64,000 nucleotides of DNA, from positions 1,824,515-1,888,514 of the forward strand of contig OZ316897.1 in the NCBI GenBank assembly GCA_973895155.1, given 5' to 3'. How positions within the stretch are numbered: the first letter of the stretch is position 1; each line of letters opens with the position of its first letter. The position numbers were made by a program, and so were the translations under genes. The notes under the pieces are model-generated. The model did not search any database. It was not told where the DNA came from and saw only the letters and a list, made by a program, of their open reading frames with translations. This stretch comes from Marsupella aquatica (Eukaryota; Plantae; Marchantiophyta). Positions 36,001 to 48,525 of the stretch are shown here, in pieces.

Positions 36001-39000
36001 ATCTCCAAGGTGTCTTAGTTGTAGCCTAGCTGGTCTTCAAATAATTCAATTCTGGTTGAAAAGTCACAACACACAACATTTGGTTTAATTTGCTATTAAA
36101 CTGAAGTTTATAAAGGATAGGATTAAACTACCAGTGTCCAATGTATGTGTCCTATAACAACGTTGCCAATGCAACTATTCTTGAATCAATTAACAGGAAG
36201 TTGGAGGAGCTTTAGCAGTCCTGGGTGGGGCACTCGCTTACTACCATGGTTGTGTCTTCATTGCAAACTCGGTAAGGCTTTTGTCCTTAGTCCATCAGTC
36301 TCTATGTTCCCTATCATTTCAGCATTCAGGAAGTTATTGTACAGCAATGAATTACCTTTATAAAGTTTGATGTTGCATCAAGAGACACTTCTCCATGTGA
36401 GAACCAGCTAACTTAGATCATAAAATACGAGCAAGAGAGTTCCAAATATAAGTAAAGCACTACTGACTTACAAAACAATATTCTAAATATGAATGTTTAT
36501 AGATAAAGGAAGGGCTCACATGTATAGTCACTAATTGGACAATTCTAGCTTTAAATAAAATGTTGACCAAATAAAACTTCCTAACCATGTGAACCAATTT
36601 GTGCAAGTGCAGGCTCCACGTGGTGGTGCAATATATATTGGTTCCTCCGACCAGTTTCCCTTAGTGGACAGTACGATAATGGACACATCGGCAAGGATTA
36701 ACGAAATAAAAGACACCACAATGGCCATGTCACCTCCTCCTATGAACATGATGTCACCTCCTCCCATGGACATGATGTCACCTCCTCCCATGGACATGAT
36801 GTCACCTCCTCCTATGGACATGATGTCACCTCCTGATGCAATGGTGCCGGGATGTAGCCTCAGCAGTTGCTCCTCATCTGTAGATACTCTCTTCCTCATG
36901 AATACAGCAGACCAGGGTGGTGCTGTGTATGTTGATGATACTTCCACAACCTGTTCAGATGGAATGTCTCCCGGTGGCACAATAGACGTCACAAATTCAC
37001 GCTTTGAGAACAACTCAGCCATGGTACTGATTTTCATATTCTCTAGTTACATTCTAGTTAATTAGAGATGCATACACAGCTCAAAGGTCGAAGGACTATG
37101 TCCTTCCCTTGTTTTGTCGTAATTACTTGTATATTGATACACTGGAGATTATTTACGTGTCAGGATGCTGGAGGAGCCATATTTCTTGGCTGGCGTGCAG
37201 CAGGAGCTGCTGCCCAGATTAAGAATTCTGACTTTGTGGACAATGCTGCCATGGTTTGCACTTCCTAATCTTTTCTCTCCATTGAAAGATTTCAATCACA
37301 CACTCAGGAGCTACTTAAGAGCACAAACAAACATCTATGTAATATTCAGTACAACTTTTTCATTTAACAAAGCAAGCATATATAGAGTTGAAGTCTTATA
37401 TAGCTCAAGTCTCTGTGACCGCCCCCCCTCCCCATCTCTAAAGTTTGACCTTATAGTTGTTCATTACAGTAATACCCTCTTGGCTAAAGGGAATTTACTG
37501 TCTACTTGTGACACATACAACCACACACATATATTTATATTGTACAACATATAGTAGACATTCCTCACATACATCATGTAGCTGTTTGTCTATGCATTCA
37601 TAGTTAGCTAATTAACAGTTGATGATTCATAGTCAGGCTGGCTGGCAGTGAAAAGTTTCTTGATCCTCCTCACTGTTGTGACCTGCCCTGATTAAACAGA
37701 ATTCTGGTGGAGATATAACCTTGGACAAAGCTCTTACAGCCTCACATGGGGTGTGGCTATTTGCTTACGATACCCAATTCTCTGGCACTATTGGGGGCGC
37801 ATCAATGCAGGTATAAGCTCAAACTCTACACCTCTTGATCCCGCATGTGGAATTTTCAAGTGGAAATGATGAGTTATGTTCATTAATTTGGCTTTTTATA
37901 AGTTGTCCTTGAATAAAAAATTTAAGAGTAGGCATGCTCTACTTCACTTAGATGAAAGTGATGTTCTCCAGATTCATTCCAAATAACAACATATCTGAGT
38001 GTTGACTTTTGTTGCTAGCAAGGATAATTTATAATTCTTTTGGTTGTGAGGACTTAGTTGGCATGATTAGCTAGTCTGTGGGTCAAATTGAAGGTGCCCA
38101 TATATTGTGGGTTGTGGTCTTTGCATGGTTGGATCACCAGCATACGCAAGTTGTGGATGTGGGAGCACTTGGCAACGCGAGCTTCTCTAAATGCAAATTC
38201 CCTGTAAGGTCCCAAGGACATTTGAATTGAATTTTTGAGCTAGCTAGTGCTAGATTCTGAAATTAGTGAATCAGATCAAATCTCCATTTAGGCTATTCTG
38301 ATTGTTGAAACTTGAATTGACCACTGAGTTGCCAATAAGCAACTTACATCTATCATTGTTGGTCTAAACTTGTTCAGATGTCGGACTCGGTGAATTGCAT
38401 GGGTAGCGCATGCGATTTCTGCCCAGCCAAATCACTTCAACCATCTGTAACTGGGCCATCTAATCCTGATGTAAGATTTGGAATTGTGTTTGGCTTTGAT
38501 TCTGGGTCAAATAAATAACTTATCAAAGGTGCATAATTACTTAAAGAGAAATCAGAGTTCAGGGTAGGATCAGGACTGCACCAATTTTGTTATTTAGCTC
38601 GTCAAGAGACTTGATCATTTCATAGTAGTTGTTATAATTCCATTGATTGCAATGATTTTAGTTCCCATCATGTAGCTTATATATCTTAGCAATCCTCAGA
38701 GTGTTCAATGTCTAGTAACATGGATTTTCTCTAATTTTCAAATATTACATGACAGCTGTCAGCACTGTCAGATCTACCATGGCCAGCATCTCTTGCGCCA
38801 ACCTGTCCCATGCCCAGGGGCAATCTTTGCGGTTGGATACCTAGCGAATGTCTTGCCTCGCCCCCTCCCCCACCTAGCCCATCTCCTCCTCCACCAAGTC
38901 CACCAAGTCCACCCATGTGGTCTCCTCCACCACCCTCCCCTCCTCCCCCAAGTCCCCCACCCCCCTCCCCTTCTCCACCTCCACCATCTCCACCTCCGCC

Positions 39001-41891
39001 ACCAGCATCACCTCCACCGCCTTCTCCACCGCCTAGTCCTCCCCCACCCCCTAGTCCCCCTCCTCCATTGTGGTCACCCCCACCTCCAACTTGGTCTCCT
39101 CCACCTCCTCCAGCTCCAGCTAGTCCTCCTCCCCCACCAGATTCACCTCCACCACCAGCACCTCCACCACCCCCTTCTCCACCACCTCCTGCATCACCAC
39201 CACCCCCATCATCTCCTCCTCCACCACCACCAAGCTCTCCTCCACCACCAGTTTGGTCCCCTCCTCCCCCAACTTGGTCTCCACCTCCACCAACACCATG
39301 GACCCCTCCCCCCCCAACATGGTCACCTCCACCCCCAGCTTGGTCCCCTCCACCCCCAACAGACATATGGAGCCCACCCCCACCAGTGTGGTCCCCTCCC
39401 CCTCCTGTTTGGTCTCCACCGCCACCCACATGGCCTTCTCCACCACCACCTTGGACACCACCCCCTCCACCAGCGCCCTTGTCTCCACCACCTCCACCCA
39501 TGCTATCCCCACCTCCACCCATGCTATCATCCCCACCTCCACCCATGCTATCACCCCCACCACCAATGCCTGATTGCTCAATGTGCCCTCCACACACCAA
39601 GAAGGGAAGTATCAAGGGTGACCCTCACTTCCTCGGGAAGCATGGAGAGCGATTTGACTTCCAAGGACAAAAGAATACTGACTACTGCGTTGTCTCCGAC
39701 AAGAACGTGCATGTCAATATGCATGTCTTTCCAGGCATTCACAAGGGAACTACGGTGAGCCTAAGCAACCGAATCTAAAATCCAAATGATTTCTCATGTG
39801 TTTTGAGTTAAATACTACTGTGGCCCAGGCCGAAATGAGTATTGCTGTATTTCTAAGAATGATTGTACTTTAATAATGTCTAGTTACAACTTGTAGAATC
39901 TGCAGCTTTGGATTCATTCTTTTGTTGAGGTAGTTGACGAAAGAGAACAAATTGAATGCATTTTCACTTGTAAGTGATTGGGGTAATCTAGATCTACTTG
40001 TGAAGCCAGATTGGATCACGACATATCGGAAACTAATCATTTTTTAAGTCACAGTGTTCAGTCTTACCATGACCTCGAGAAACTAACTGTCCCTTGCTTT
40101 TCCAATTATGCAGTTTATTTCCCAAATTGGTGTGCTGTACAAGGAGTCTTTCGTCCTCGTCGATGCTCATGCTAACTCTAATGCTTCTGCTTTCAAACAA
40201 CAGTGGAAACTCTTGGTGAACAATGTAAGTTGAATAAATTCTCTGCAATGAATTAGTGCAGTCAATTATCTTGCCATATTCTGTTTCCCCCAGCTTCACT
40301 ATGATGGACACACTCATGAGTCCACAACCGTGAGTGTAAATGTATGAACATGTTTCATTTTTAGTCTTGATGGAAGTTAGAGAGCATTTTGAGCTCGCAT
40401 CCTAACTTGGTTTGATGGTTCGGTTATCGCAATATGTAAGGAAGCTTGAAGTAACGTATTGATCTGTATGACTCGTGTTTCAAATTCATGGAACTTAAGT
40501 TTTGGAGAATTAATGGGCTGGCTGTTCGTGTTCTTTCCAGGTTGAAGTGAAACCTCATCACGATTTTACTACCACAGACGGATTAATTGTTCACCGTGGT
40601 TCCAATGGAGCTCATATCCAAGTCTTGGGAGAGCTCGACATGAACATAACTGTTCGCCCACCAACATTCACACCACGTGGATCGGGCCAAAACTACGTAA
40701 CAAATCGTTTCCCATCTTGAGTTCTATGCGGCGGCAAGGCTTGGTTTTCCTGAGCTTTTGTTTTTGTTCTACTTGCGAATTTCTGCTATGCTGTAATCAA
40801 GAAAGGCAATTCTGCTATCGACAACTACCATGATCTACATTTCTGTGTGTTATCTTGCAATTATGGCACGCACAATTAACATAGATATGACTTGGACTAG
40901 AGTGAACATCTTACTATGTCTTACTATGGTAATATCTTACTATGCTCAGCTAATCTGGTCTTTTATAAATGATGGCGAACAACAGGTCAACTTCAAGATT
41001 GATCAACTGAAAACAACTCCACAAGTTCATGGAGTACTTGGTATGTGGGCATTTATTTGTGGCACTTAAGTTGACCTATCCAAGCTAAGTCTGCGAGATA
41101 ACTCAGCGACATCAACGACTAGGACATGATTGATGATTGTTTGAAATTGTTAAGTTGTAGAGTTGTACAGTAAATATTGATTTGCAGGCTGTAGAAACTC
41201 AAGTACGTGAACTAATTGTCAGCTGGTGGACAAGGAAGCTGCAATTTGATGCAACTGGATGGATAACTAATTATGTCGATAAAATACTGTGAATACAGGT
41301 CAGACCTATAAAGAAACTAAACAGACATACAAGAAGCTCCACGAAGCCAGGCACAAGAAAGGGCATCAAAGGGCATCCACCATCTTCGTTGATGGCAGAG
41401 CCGAGGACTATGCAACAACCGATATCCTGGCCCCAGATTGCAAGTTCACTCAGTTCCAGGTTTGTAATTTTTCACAATCTCGAGTTCTATGGTTCCCCAA
41501 TTACGCTATTTTGAGCTGAACATCCATAAATATGATCATGTTATTGTAGATTGTTCGTGAAAGAGCAGTTGTCATCCAATTCGACACAAATTCTTAGGCT
41601 TGTTTGCTACGCAATCCTTGTAATCAATCCTAAACCTGTGAAATCATAATGTAGATCTTCAAGAGTGTTGTCTGTGGTTTTTAGATACAATCAATCGCAA
41701 CAGCATCCGTGAACTTATGAGACTTCTATATAATCATGTTGCAGGGTCAAAAGAACGTGGTAAAGAGGATTCACAGGGCTCTGATGAGTACTGCTGGAGC
41801 CCTTTTCACAAACGACGGTGTAGAAGAGATTGTTGACATCTGTACTGGATTCGGGGTGGATACATTGGATTGCATGTTCAGGCTTAACTGA
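33100..41891 (+). CDS. Secreted cell-wall glycoprotein: signal peptide, Pro/Met repeats, GGA(I/V)/FxNN beta-helix-like repeats, extensin-like SPPPP tract, C-terminal Root_cap/VWD-like domain; ~18 exons
   Basis: Exons join in frame at GT-AG sites (approx. 33100-33184, 33537-33613, 34075-34582, 34982-35122, 35514-35779, 36196-36270, 36613-37023, 37164-37253, 37700-37810, 38141-38203, 38378-38470, 38756-39754, 40114-40224, 40294-40329, 40541-40696, 40986-41040, 41298-41459, 41745-41891). N-terminus MRRRMGPCRGLAWPLLVALQLVQILSVS; motifs GDPHFLGKHGERFDFQG..DYCVVSD and VHGVLGQTY. Confidence 0.88.
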
Positions 41892-42049
41892 TTACTCTAG
41901 ATCTCCAAAGCAGTCCACTAGCTTCTTCGAAGTAGTTGATAACCATGTATCTCTCATCGATTCAAGATCCTCAATTTTGAGCCATGAACCTATCTTTATG
42001 GCTGCGAGTTCCCCCACCCTCTCTTTGTATTCGATGAGCGTCTAGTATA

Positions 42050-42301
42050 TATGCCATTGCAAGCATTTTCAGATTTGTGCCGCCCTCAAAAGATGTAGCC
42101 CAAGCAGGAGTACAGAATGGGCCGGTATCAATGAGGATCCAGCAAGTTGGCTAATTAACTTAAGTTAGCCAACTGTTGCTTTGGTGACTCTTCTAGACCG
42201 CTAAATAACTTGTTGTCAGTGATATACAAGCTGATCAATCCTAGTTTGTTCTGAATACCCCGAGAGGGAGACACAAATCTGAAAATGCTTGCAATGGCAT
42301 A
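42050..42301. mobile_element. Small MITE or hairpin element with perfect 30-bp inverted ends
   Basis: TATGCCATTGCAAGCATTTTCAGATTTGTG (42050-42079) / CACAAATCTGAAAATGCTTGCAATGGCATA (42272-42301), plus a central palindrome at ~42147-42172. Confidence 0.8.
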
Positions 42302-43499
42302 CTAGAAGTATACTTCATGCTATGTTCAATAGTAGAACTGTTAGAAATAGTATTGATTTGAACTCTTAACAATTTTGTTTCTAAATCAATATCATAATTA
42401 AATTTCTATTCCTAATATGCGTTGCTATGCTGTACAAATCTGGCCTACTTCAATCGAATGTACTCTCTTCGCTGGCCTATGGATAATTTCTCCTTTAATT
42501 TTTCGAAAAACAATACCCATCATCTTTATTATCGTTACGAAAACTAGCGGAAAGGTTAATGCAATACAGGAAAACTGGTGACAGGTAATGGTCACCACAA
42601 CGCGACCTCCTTTGAAGAGGTTTCGTTTCTCCTGCCTCGGTTTCCGGCCATCAGGCTTGGATCTATCAGCTCGCCTATCAACCATGATTAAGCCATTGTT
42701 AGGGCTGAAATTTCCATTCTTCCTGTTGACTCTAGATTATGAGAAAACATTCCATGAGTAAGAGCATCAGCCATTTGAGTTTAAATTAAAGGGCCTGCAA
42801 CGAGGCTGGTAACTCTGCCTGAAGTGAATGAGAACTTTCCACGAAGTGTCACTCAGCAATTCGATGTCGATTTCAACCTGTAGGATAGGAAACCGAGACA
42901 TGACATCTCGTCAGTTAACTTTGCAGTCTTGTCATGTACATTGACTCAGTATTCCGGTTTGACCTGTAAAGAGCCACTAGCCATGACAAAAACCTGATTA
43001 CACCATATTTCACCATTTTTAGTATTTTTTCCTGAATTGTGGAGTTAGAGGAGAAGAATGTGAAAAAGTGAGAAGTGTTGGACTCTTCTCCTTTTATATG
43101 GCCAGTGGTGGTATACGAGAGAATTGAAATTGTAGTTTACATAAGTAGCTGGCATCAGTAATTGCAACAAAGGCATTTATAACTACACTACCTATTGCAG
43201 TGGTTTCTTCTATACCATTGGCAGTAGTACTTGATATTTTACCTTCGGTAAAGCGTTGAGTTGCTTCAAGACCGGCGAATCCCGCTGGTGGACATAATCA
43301 AACAAATGCTGCTCCACAGACCGCTTCAATTCTTCGCACCCCAGCAGCAATTAATACCCTGCTCTGAGATAATCTTGATTCCCCGAATGTCTGCGGTATT
43401 CCTAACATGTGTACCTCCACATAACGCCGTTCTAATTCCTTCTACATTGACAACCGTAACCTGAATCAAGAGATGACATACGTCAATGGACTACGTTTT

Positions 43500-45660
43500 A
43501 CAACCACATGCATTAACAGTCTTCGCCATAGGCGTCATCCTCCAAATACAGGCATCGCAGCTCCGGGTGGATCTCTTTATCGTGGTTGATCAGCAAGGTG
43601 CGAGTGCTCACAGCATTTGCTTTAACAACGAGACGGACCCATAAGGTTCCGCTACATTCATTACGGTGGCCCAGTCCTCGTACTATGATGGATCCTGTAA
43701 GCCAGCACCGAGCCCACTCTCCTCTCGCGCACTTTGAGAAGGGCCTCGCCGATTGCAATCTGAGCCTTGAGGTCGGCGGCCTCTCGCTCTCCCTCTTTCT
43801 GACTAGCCTCCAAAGTGGCCACCTGAGCTTCGGCTTCACCCAAATTTTCTCGGCAGGTGCCCAAAGTCGTCTTCAACGAGAGGAGATCGGCCTCGAGCTT
43901 TCCCACCTTCTCAGTGAGTGCCACTGAGCTCTTCGCCCAATGCTCGTGTAACCGTAGCCCTGCATTGGCAGCCTCCCGTAGACGCCAATGATAGTAGCAT
44001 AAATGGGTGGACTTTGCATAGGCACTTCGACCTCCACCAGCCCCTTCACCCTTGCCTGGTCATACTTGGTGTGTCCCTGGAGAGCCACTAAGCTCTTCAC
44101 CCAGTGCTTGTGTAACTGAAGCCCTGCATTGGCAGCCTCCAGCAGATCACCGATGATGGTAGCATAAATGGGTGAAATCTGCACAGGCACTTGGACCTCC
44201 ACCAGCCCCTTCACCCATGCCTGGTCATACTCAGGACTGGTGGCTGAACTCTCAGGGTCTCCCAGGTTGCAGCACCTGCCAGCTCCCGATTGAATCCAGA
44301 GATTGATACTCCCTCCCTCACCCGGTACGTTGTTGTTATCCGTACCTCCATCCCTCATTTCTGCTGGTGCTTCGTCTTTCAATTCGACCGTATTGTGCCC
44401 CGGGATTGTGCACGAGTGTCTCACCTTGCTCCTGCTACGGGTGGCATCATTAGACCTGGCCTTCCTCTTCTTGGCCGGTGTGCTCTCCCCAGCCCCTTCC
44501 TCTGAAGCACACGTCCTGGTGTCCCACAAGAATGCGCGCAGACGGATAACCAAGCTCCCCTTCCTCTGAAGCACACATCTTGGTGTACCACAAGAATGCA
44601 CACGTATAACCGAGCTTGGCCTTCACAGAGACTACTCCCTTGCTGTCCTGGTGGCGCTTGCTCATTCCAAATCGCCACCATCCCAATACATGGTCCGGGT
44701 GGACCTTATGTCCAAATTGATTGCCAACTCCGGTCTCGAGAATGCATTTGGGCTCCGCTCCACTATTTTGATGCAGAATTGCTACATGGGCTCTCCCTTA
44801 AATGCCGAGAAGACCATCCTGCCTCTCCGTGCCTTGCGTCCGCCCGCCACCCACTCGGCTGATTTCTCAGATGAAAGAGGGTCGGGTGGTGCGGTTCGGG
44901 CAAACCCCCAAATCCCGGTGGGGAAGTCTAAGTGCTTCGCAGCACTCCGCGTACGAGATGGTGACTCCAAATGCCATCAACTGGACCCCCCCCTGACCAA
45001 TGTGGATTCCCTTTTCTACGTCCATGCAAATCTTCTCATGTGGTATTTTGATGGCCAACTTTAAGAACTCCATAAGGCCACTGCTCTCGAATTCCACCTC
45101 CATAGCCTCAGCTGTCGTGGGAGCCGCAATGGGAAAAAACATTTCCCTTTTTTTTTTTTTGGCCTTGAAAACAGAAAGCAGACCCATCCAACACCCATCC
45201 AACAGAGGATAAACGTCCTGCTTTGGAGCATGCAGTTCAAGTAGGGCAGCCACAAGGGGACAATACCCAAGGATCCGACACTGACCCAGACTAGGAGGGA
45301 GAGAAGATTAAACCAGAACCCAAAGTGGACAACCAGAGCTGAGGAGATAATCAATACTCCCACCACTACACCCCACCTACACACACACACATACCCTCCA
45401 CACCCCTTATGTGTGGAGGGAGGATTGAACCTGGGACCTCTCGGTTCTAGGCTCATCCTCTGGCCAACTGACCAAAGCCGTTGGTTAAAAAAACATTTCC
45501 CTTCTTCTTGGATTTTCTTGTCTCCATCCTGAATCGCCGCCTTATTCGCATTTCAAGTAACCCGAACCTCTGGCTCTCCTCCTACGCCCTGAGCTAGTGA
45601 GCTGTGTATGGGCCATGAGACCAACTCCTGGTCTTCTTTCAGTAACCGAGCTGAATACAT
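43500..45660 (-). pseudogene. Decayed intronless ORF with a coiled-coil C-terminus, probably transposon-derived; family not recognised
   Basis: Chain of broken minus-strand ORFs (AMEVEFESSGLMEFLKL..., ALTEKVGKLEADLLSLK...), an internal 164-bp duplication (43920/44084), and a SINE interruption. Confidence 0.45.
45150..45487 (-). mobile_element. tRNA-derived SINE with poly(A) tail and 16-bp TSD
   Basis: Minus-strand A box TGGTCAGTTGG and B box GGTTCAATCC; T-run at 45148-45160; TSD AAAAAACATTTCCCTT at 45134-45149 and 45488-45503. Confidence 0.9.
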
Positions 45661-45963
45661 GGAGGGACGAGGAAGAAAAGACGTCCAGCTACTCTTAAAT
45701 AAATTGTAAGGTTTTAAAGGAGGATTACAATCTCTGTGGACAGCAACGGGCCTGGGAAGTCGTCTTTCACTGAATATTTATTTCGTCTACGGAAGGTTTG
45801 TGCGACGATTATGCGCAATTGTCCTTTGTGCGTACTTTGAAATTCTGCACTCTGAACAGATTGCCGAGGACAGTGGATATGGCATAAGCCTGCTTGAGAG
45901 ACTTGGGACTGTATTAGGTGTGTAGAAATTTATGAATAAGCTTGATTAACCCACAAAGGGGGA

Positions 45964-46988
45964 GATATATGCTTGATGGCCCCGGTGAAACTTTTTTTAC
46001 CTGATGGCCCCTAGGTAACTTTTTTTACCAAGTAGGACTCCTCTTAATGACCAGTACACATGTTCTTGTGTGGTGCCTACATTTGTCCTTGTGTGGTGCT
46101 TACTATGTATGGTGACTCCAAGCAAATTGCACAATTGAACCATGTGGTCAACCTTGCATGGTCGACCTAGAAACCACGGAGATGATTCGGGAGAAACCGC
46201 GAAAAGAAATTGCCGCTGTCAAAACTGCGATTTGAAAACAATATGCATTATGTCTTCGGATTCACTGGGTTAATGCTTGAAGACACAATGGATTATGTCT
46301 TCGGGTTCAAATTTTTACCGTATCGTGGGGTAGTTATTAGGTATGTTTTTCACGTTGTGCACAAGGGTTTTTCACGATGTTTTCATGCACGACTGTCAGC
46401 GTCAGTGTGGGATACCTCCAAATGTCCACAAATAATATTCAAGTTCAATGTTCAGAATTTGCCTACTGCCGCCACAACAAAAATTGGCAAATGATTGATA
46501 ATTGCGCTCAAAAAATGGTAATACTCCCCCGTGCAATGCATAAAAACAATTTCAAAAGAAGACAGACCCAAAGGTGTCGGGGTACACCCTAAACCCTATA
46601 CCTTGAAACACGGGAAGACATAATCCATTGAGTCTTCAGGCATTAATCCATTGAATCCGAAGACATAATGCATATTGTTTTCAAATCATAGTTTTGACAG
46701 CGGCAGTCGCTTTTCGTGGTTTCTCCCGAATCATCTCTATGATTTCTTGGTCGCGCGACCATGCAAGGTTGACCACACAGTTCAACTGTGCAGTTTGCTT
46801 GGAATCACCATACATAGTAGACACCACACAAAGACAGGTGTAGGCACCACACAAGGACAGGTGTACTGATCATTAAGAGGGGTCCTACTTGGTAAAAAAA
46901 GTTACCTAGGGGCCCATAAGGTAAGAAAGGTTCACCAAGGGGCCCATAAGGTAAGAAATGTTCACCAAGGGGCCCATAAGCATATATC
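45964..46988. mobile_element. Foldback/MULE-like non-autonomous element with ~330-390-bp inverted arms
   Basis: 45964-~46300 is the reverse complement of ~46600-46988 (GATATATGCTT... / ...AAGCATATATC), with subterminal ~30-bp repeats. TSD unclear. Confidence 0.8.
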
Positions 46989-47179
46989 GACACAAAAGAG
47001 AAGCGTAATATACGCACTGAGCACAGATCTGTTGAGCACTAGAGAGGATTAGTCACTGGAGAGGATTAGTCAGAGAGGCAACTTCGATCCTGGGAGTGCG
47101 AGGCATAAGCAACAAGCCAACAAGTGCTACCGGACGGTGAGCGTCCTAAACAGATTCTGTCCTAAGCAACTAATGAGCA

Positions 47180-47400
47180 ACGTCTATGTACCAATACTAA
47201 ATGACTCATTGAAGTGTAAATTAATTACATCTGAGTGACGAGTGACGGCTACTAATTGATTCTGGCTGTCTCTGTACCAATATACTAAATGACTAATTGA
47301 AGATAAATTAATTACATCTGAGTGACTGCTGCTTGTCTCTGTACCAATATACTAAATGACTAATTGAAGAGTAAATTAATTACATCTGAGTGACGGCTGC
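47180..47400. repeat. Tandem repeat x3 (GTACCAATATACTAAATGACTAATTGAAGA.TAAATTAATTACATCTGAGTGAC)
   Basis: Visible directly in the sequence. Confidence 0.85.
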
Positions 47401-47429
47401 TGATTGAGTCAGCATGATGACGGGAGAAC

Positions 47430-48525
47430 CCGAGGACTTTCAAGAAGGTGATCCGCGCGATATGTTAAATGTACACTACCGAATGCATCTTTGCAATTAG
47501 TAATGGGTCCGACATTCTCTCGGAAAGATATAGGAAGTCCTACCAAGATTGGTTCGGGCCCTATGCTTTTATGGATGTCACAGATGGGATCGAGGAAAGA
47601 GAGGAGAAAGACACCAGCTGGAGAAATCCAGTGGAAGCTGAAGTTGTGGAGCACCTGATTACTAAGATTCGAGGAGGTGATTGCCCCCTTAACTGCGCTC
47701 TGGCTCAAATTGTTTTTTAATACATAAAAGACTTCTCGCACTTCCATTTTCATGTTTCAGAGCGGTACGATTCCCTTCACGAAACCAAGACAGAGTTCCT
47801 ATCTAGGGATGTTCTACTTGCTGATTCTGAAGGGTATAGTAACAATACGATTTTGCCCTGTCGTGCCTCTATTCAAGTCGATGTGAAACCAGTGGACCGC
47901 TTCCAGGGAGGAGAAAAGGATGTGATTCTGTTTTCATGATTCTGTTTGCAGCTGTGCGGTCTAATGCCGGGGGGCATTGACGAGTGGAAGCTGTTTTTCT
48001 CTTACCTCGCTCACATTTAGATTTAATATCCTTATTGTCAAACAATCCCCAATTAAGATTCACTTCCGCTGACTTTGCTCGACTCGCTTAGAACTTTCTC
48101 ATAACTTCCTGGCCAATCTCCATGCTCTGCATCGAACCACAATTCTATGGTATCCCAGACTGTATAGTAATTAGAGGTCGAAGTACGCAACCCATTTATT
48201 TCACTGAGACACAGTAAGCATAGTTAAGGCATTGGAGTGGTTGGGATACATGTACACCATATATGCTAGCGTACGTATGTTGGGTAATGGGTGAATTACT
48301 CGCTTGACAGGTATTGTGTGTGGATCATTGGTAATAAAAAAAGCTTAGCTGCTCACGATGAAATGGAGAGCAATTGTGGTGGATGCAAAGAACAGGAACT
48401 GCTACCGGAGTGCTGGGGATGACCAGGGCCTGAAGAAGACAATTATTCGAGTGAAGACGGAACTTGAGCTGTTTGCGAGTCTGCTGCACCATGACAACTC
48501 TTGTCCAAGATACCACTTGAAGGTT
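47430..48525 (+). pseudogene. SEN1/UPF1-like superfamily-1 helicase C-terminal (AAA_12) fragment
   Basis: FGPYAFMDVTDGIEE...SWRNPVEAEVV; VDRFQGGEKDVILFS (~47892-47937); VRSN; CVWIIGN...KWRAIVVDAKNRNCY. Frameshifted, with no N-terminal helicase half visible. Confidence 0.75.

Noticed and set aside
38731-39758. Gly-rich minus-strand and His/Leu-rich alternative-frame ORFs (also 34227-34643)
   Set aside because: Shadow frames of the proline-rich exons.
45405-45485. tRNA gene (also ~25695-25760)
   Set aside because: A and B boxes are present but there is no convincing cloverleaf; the 45-kb copy has poly(A) and a TSD, so it is a SINE head.
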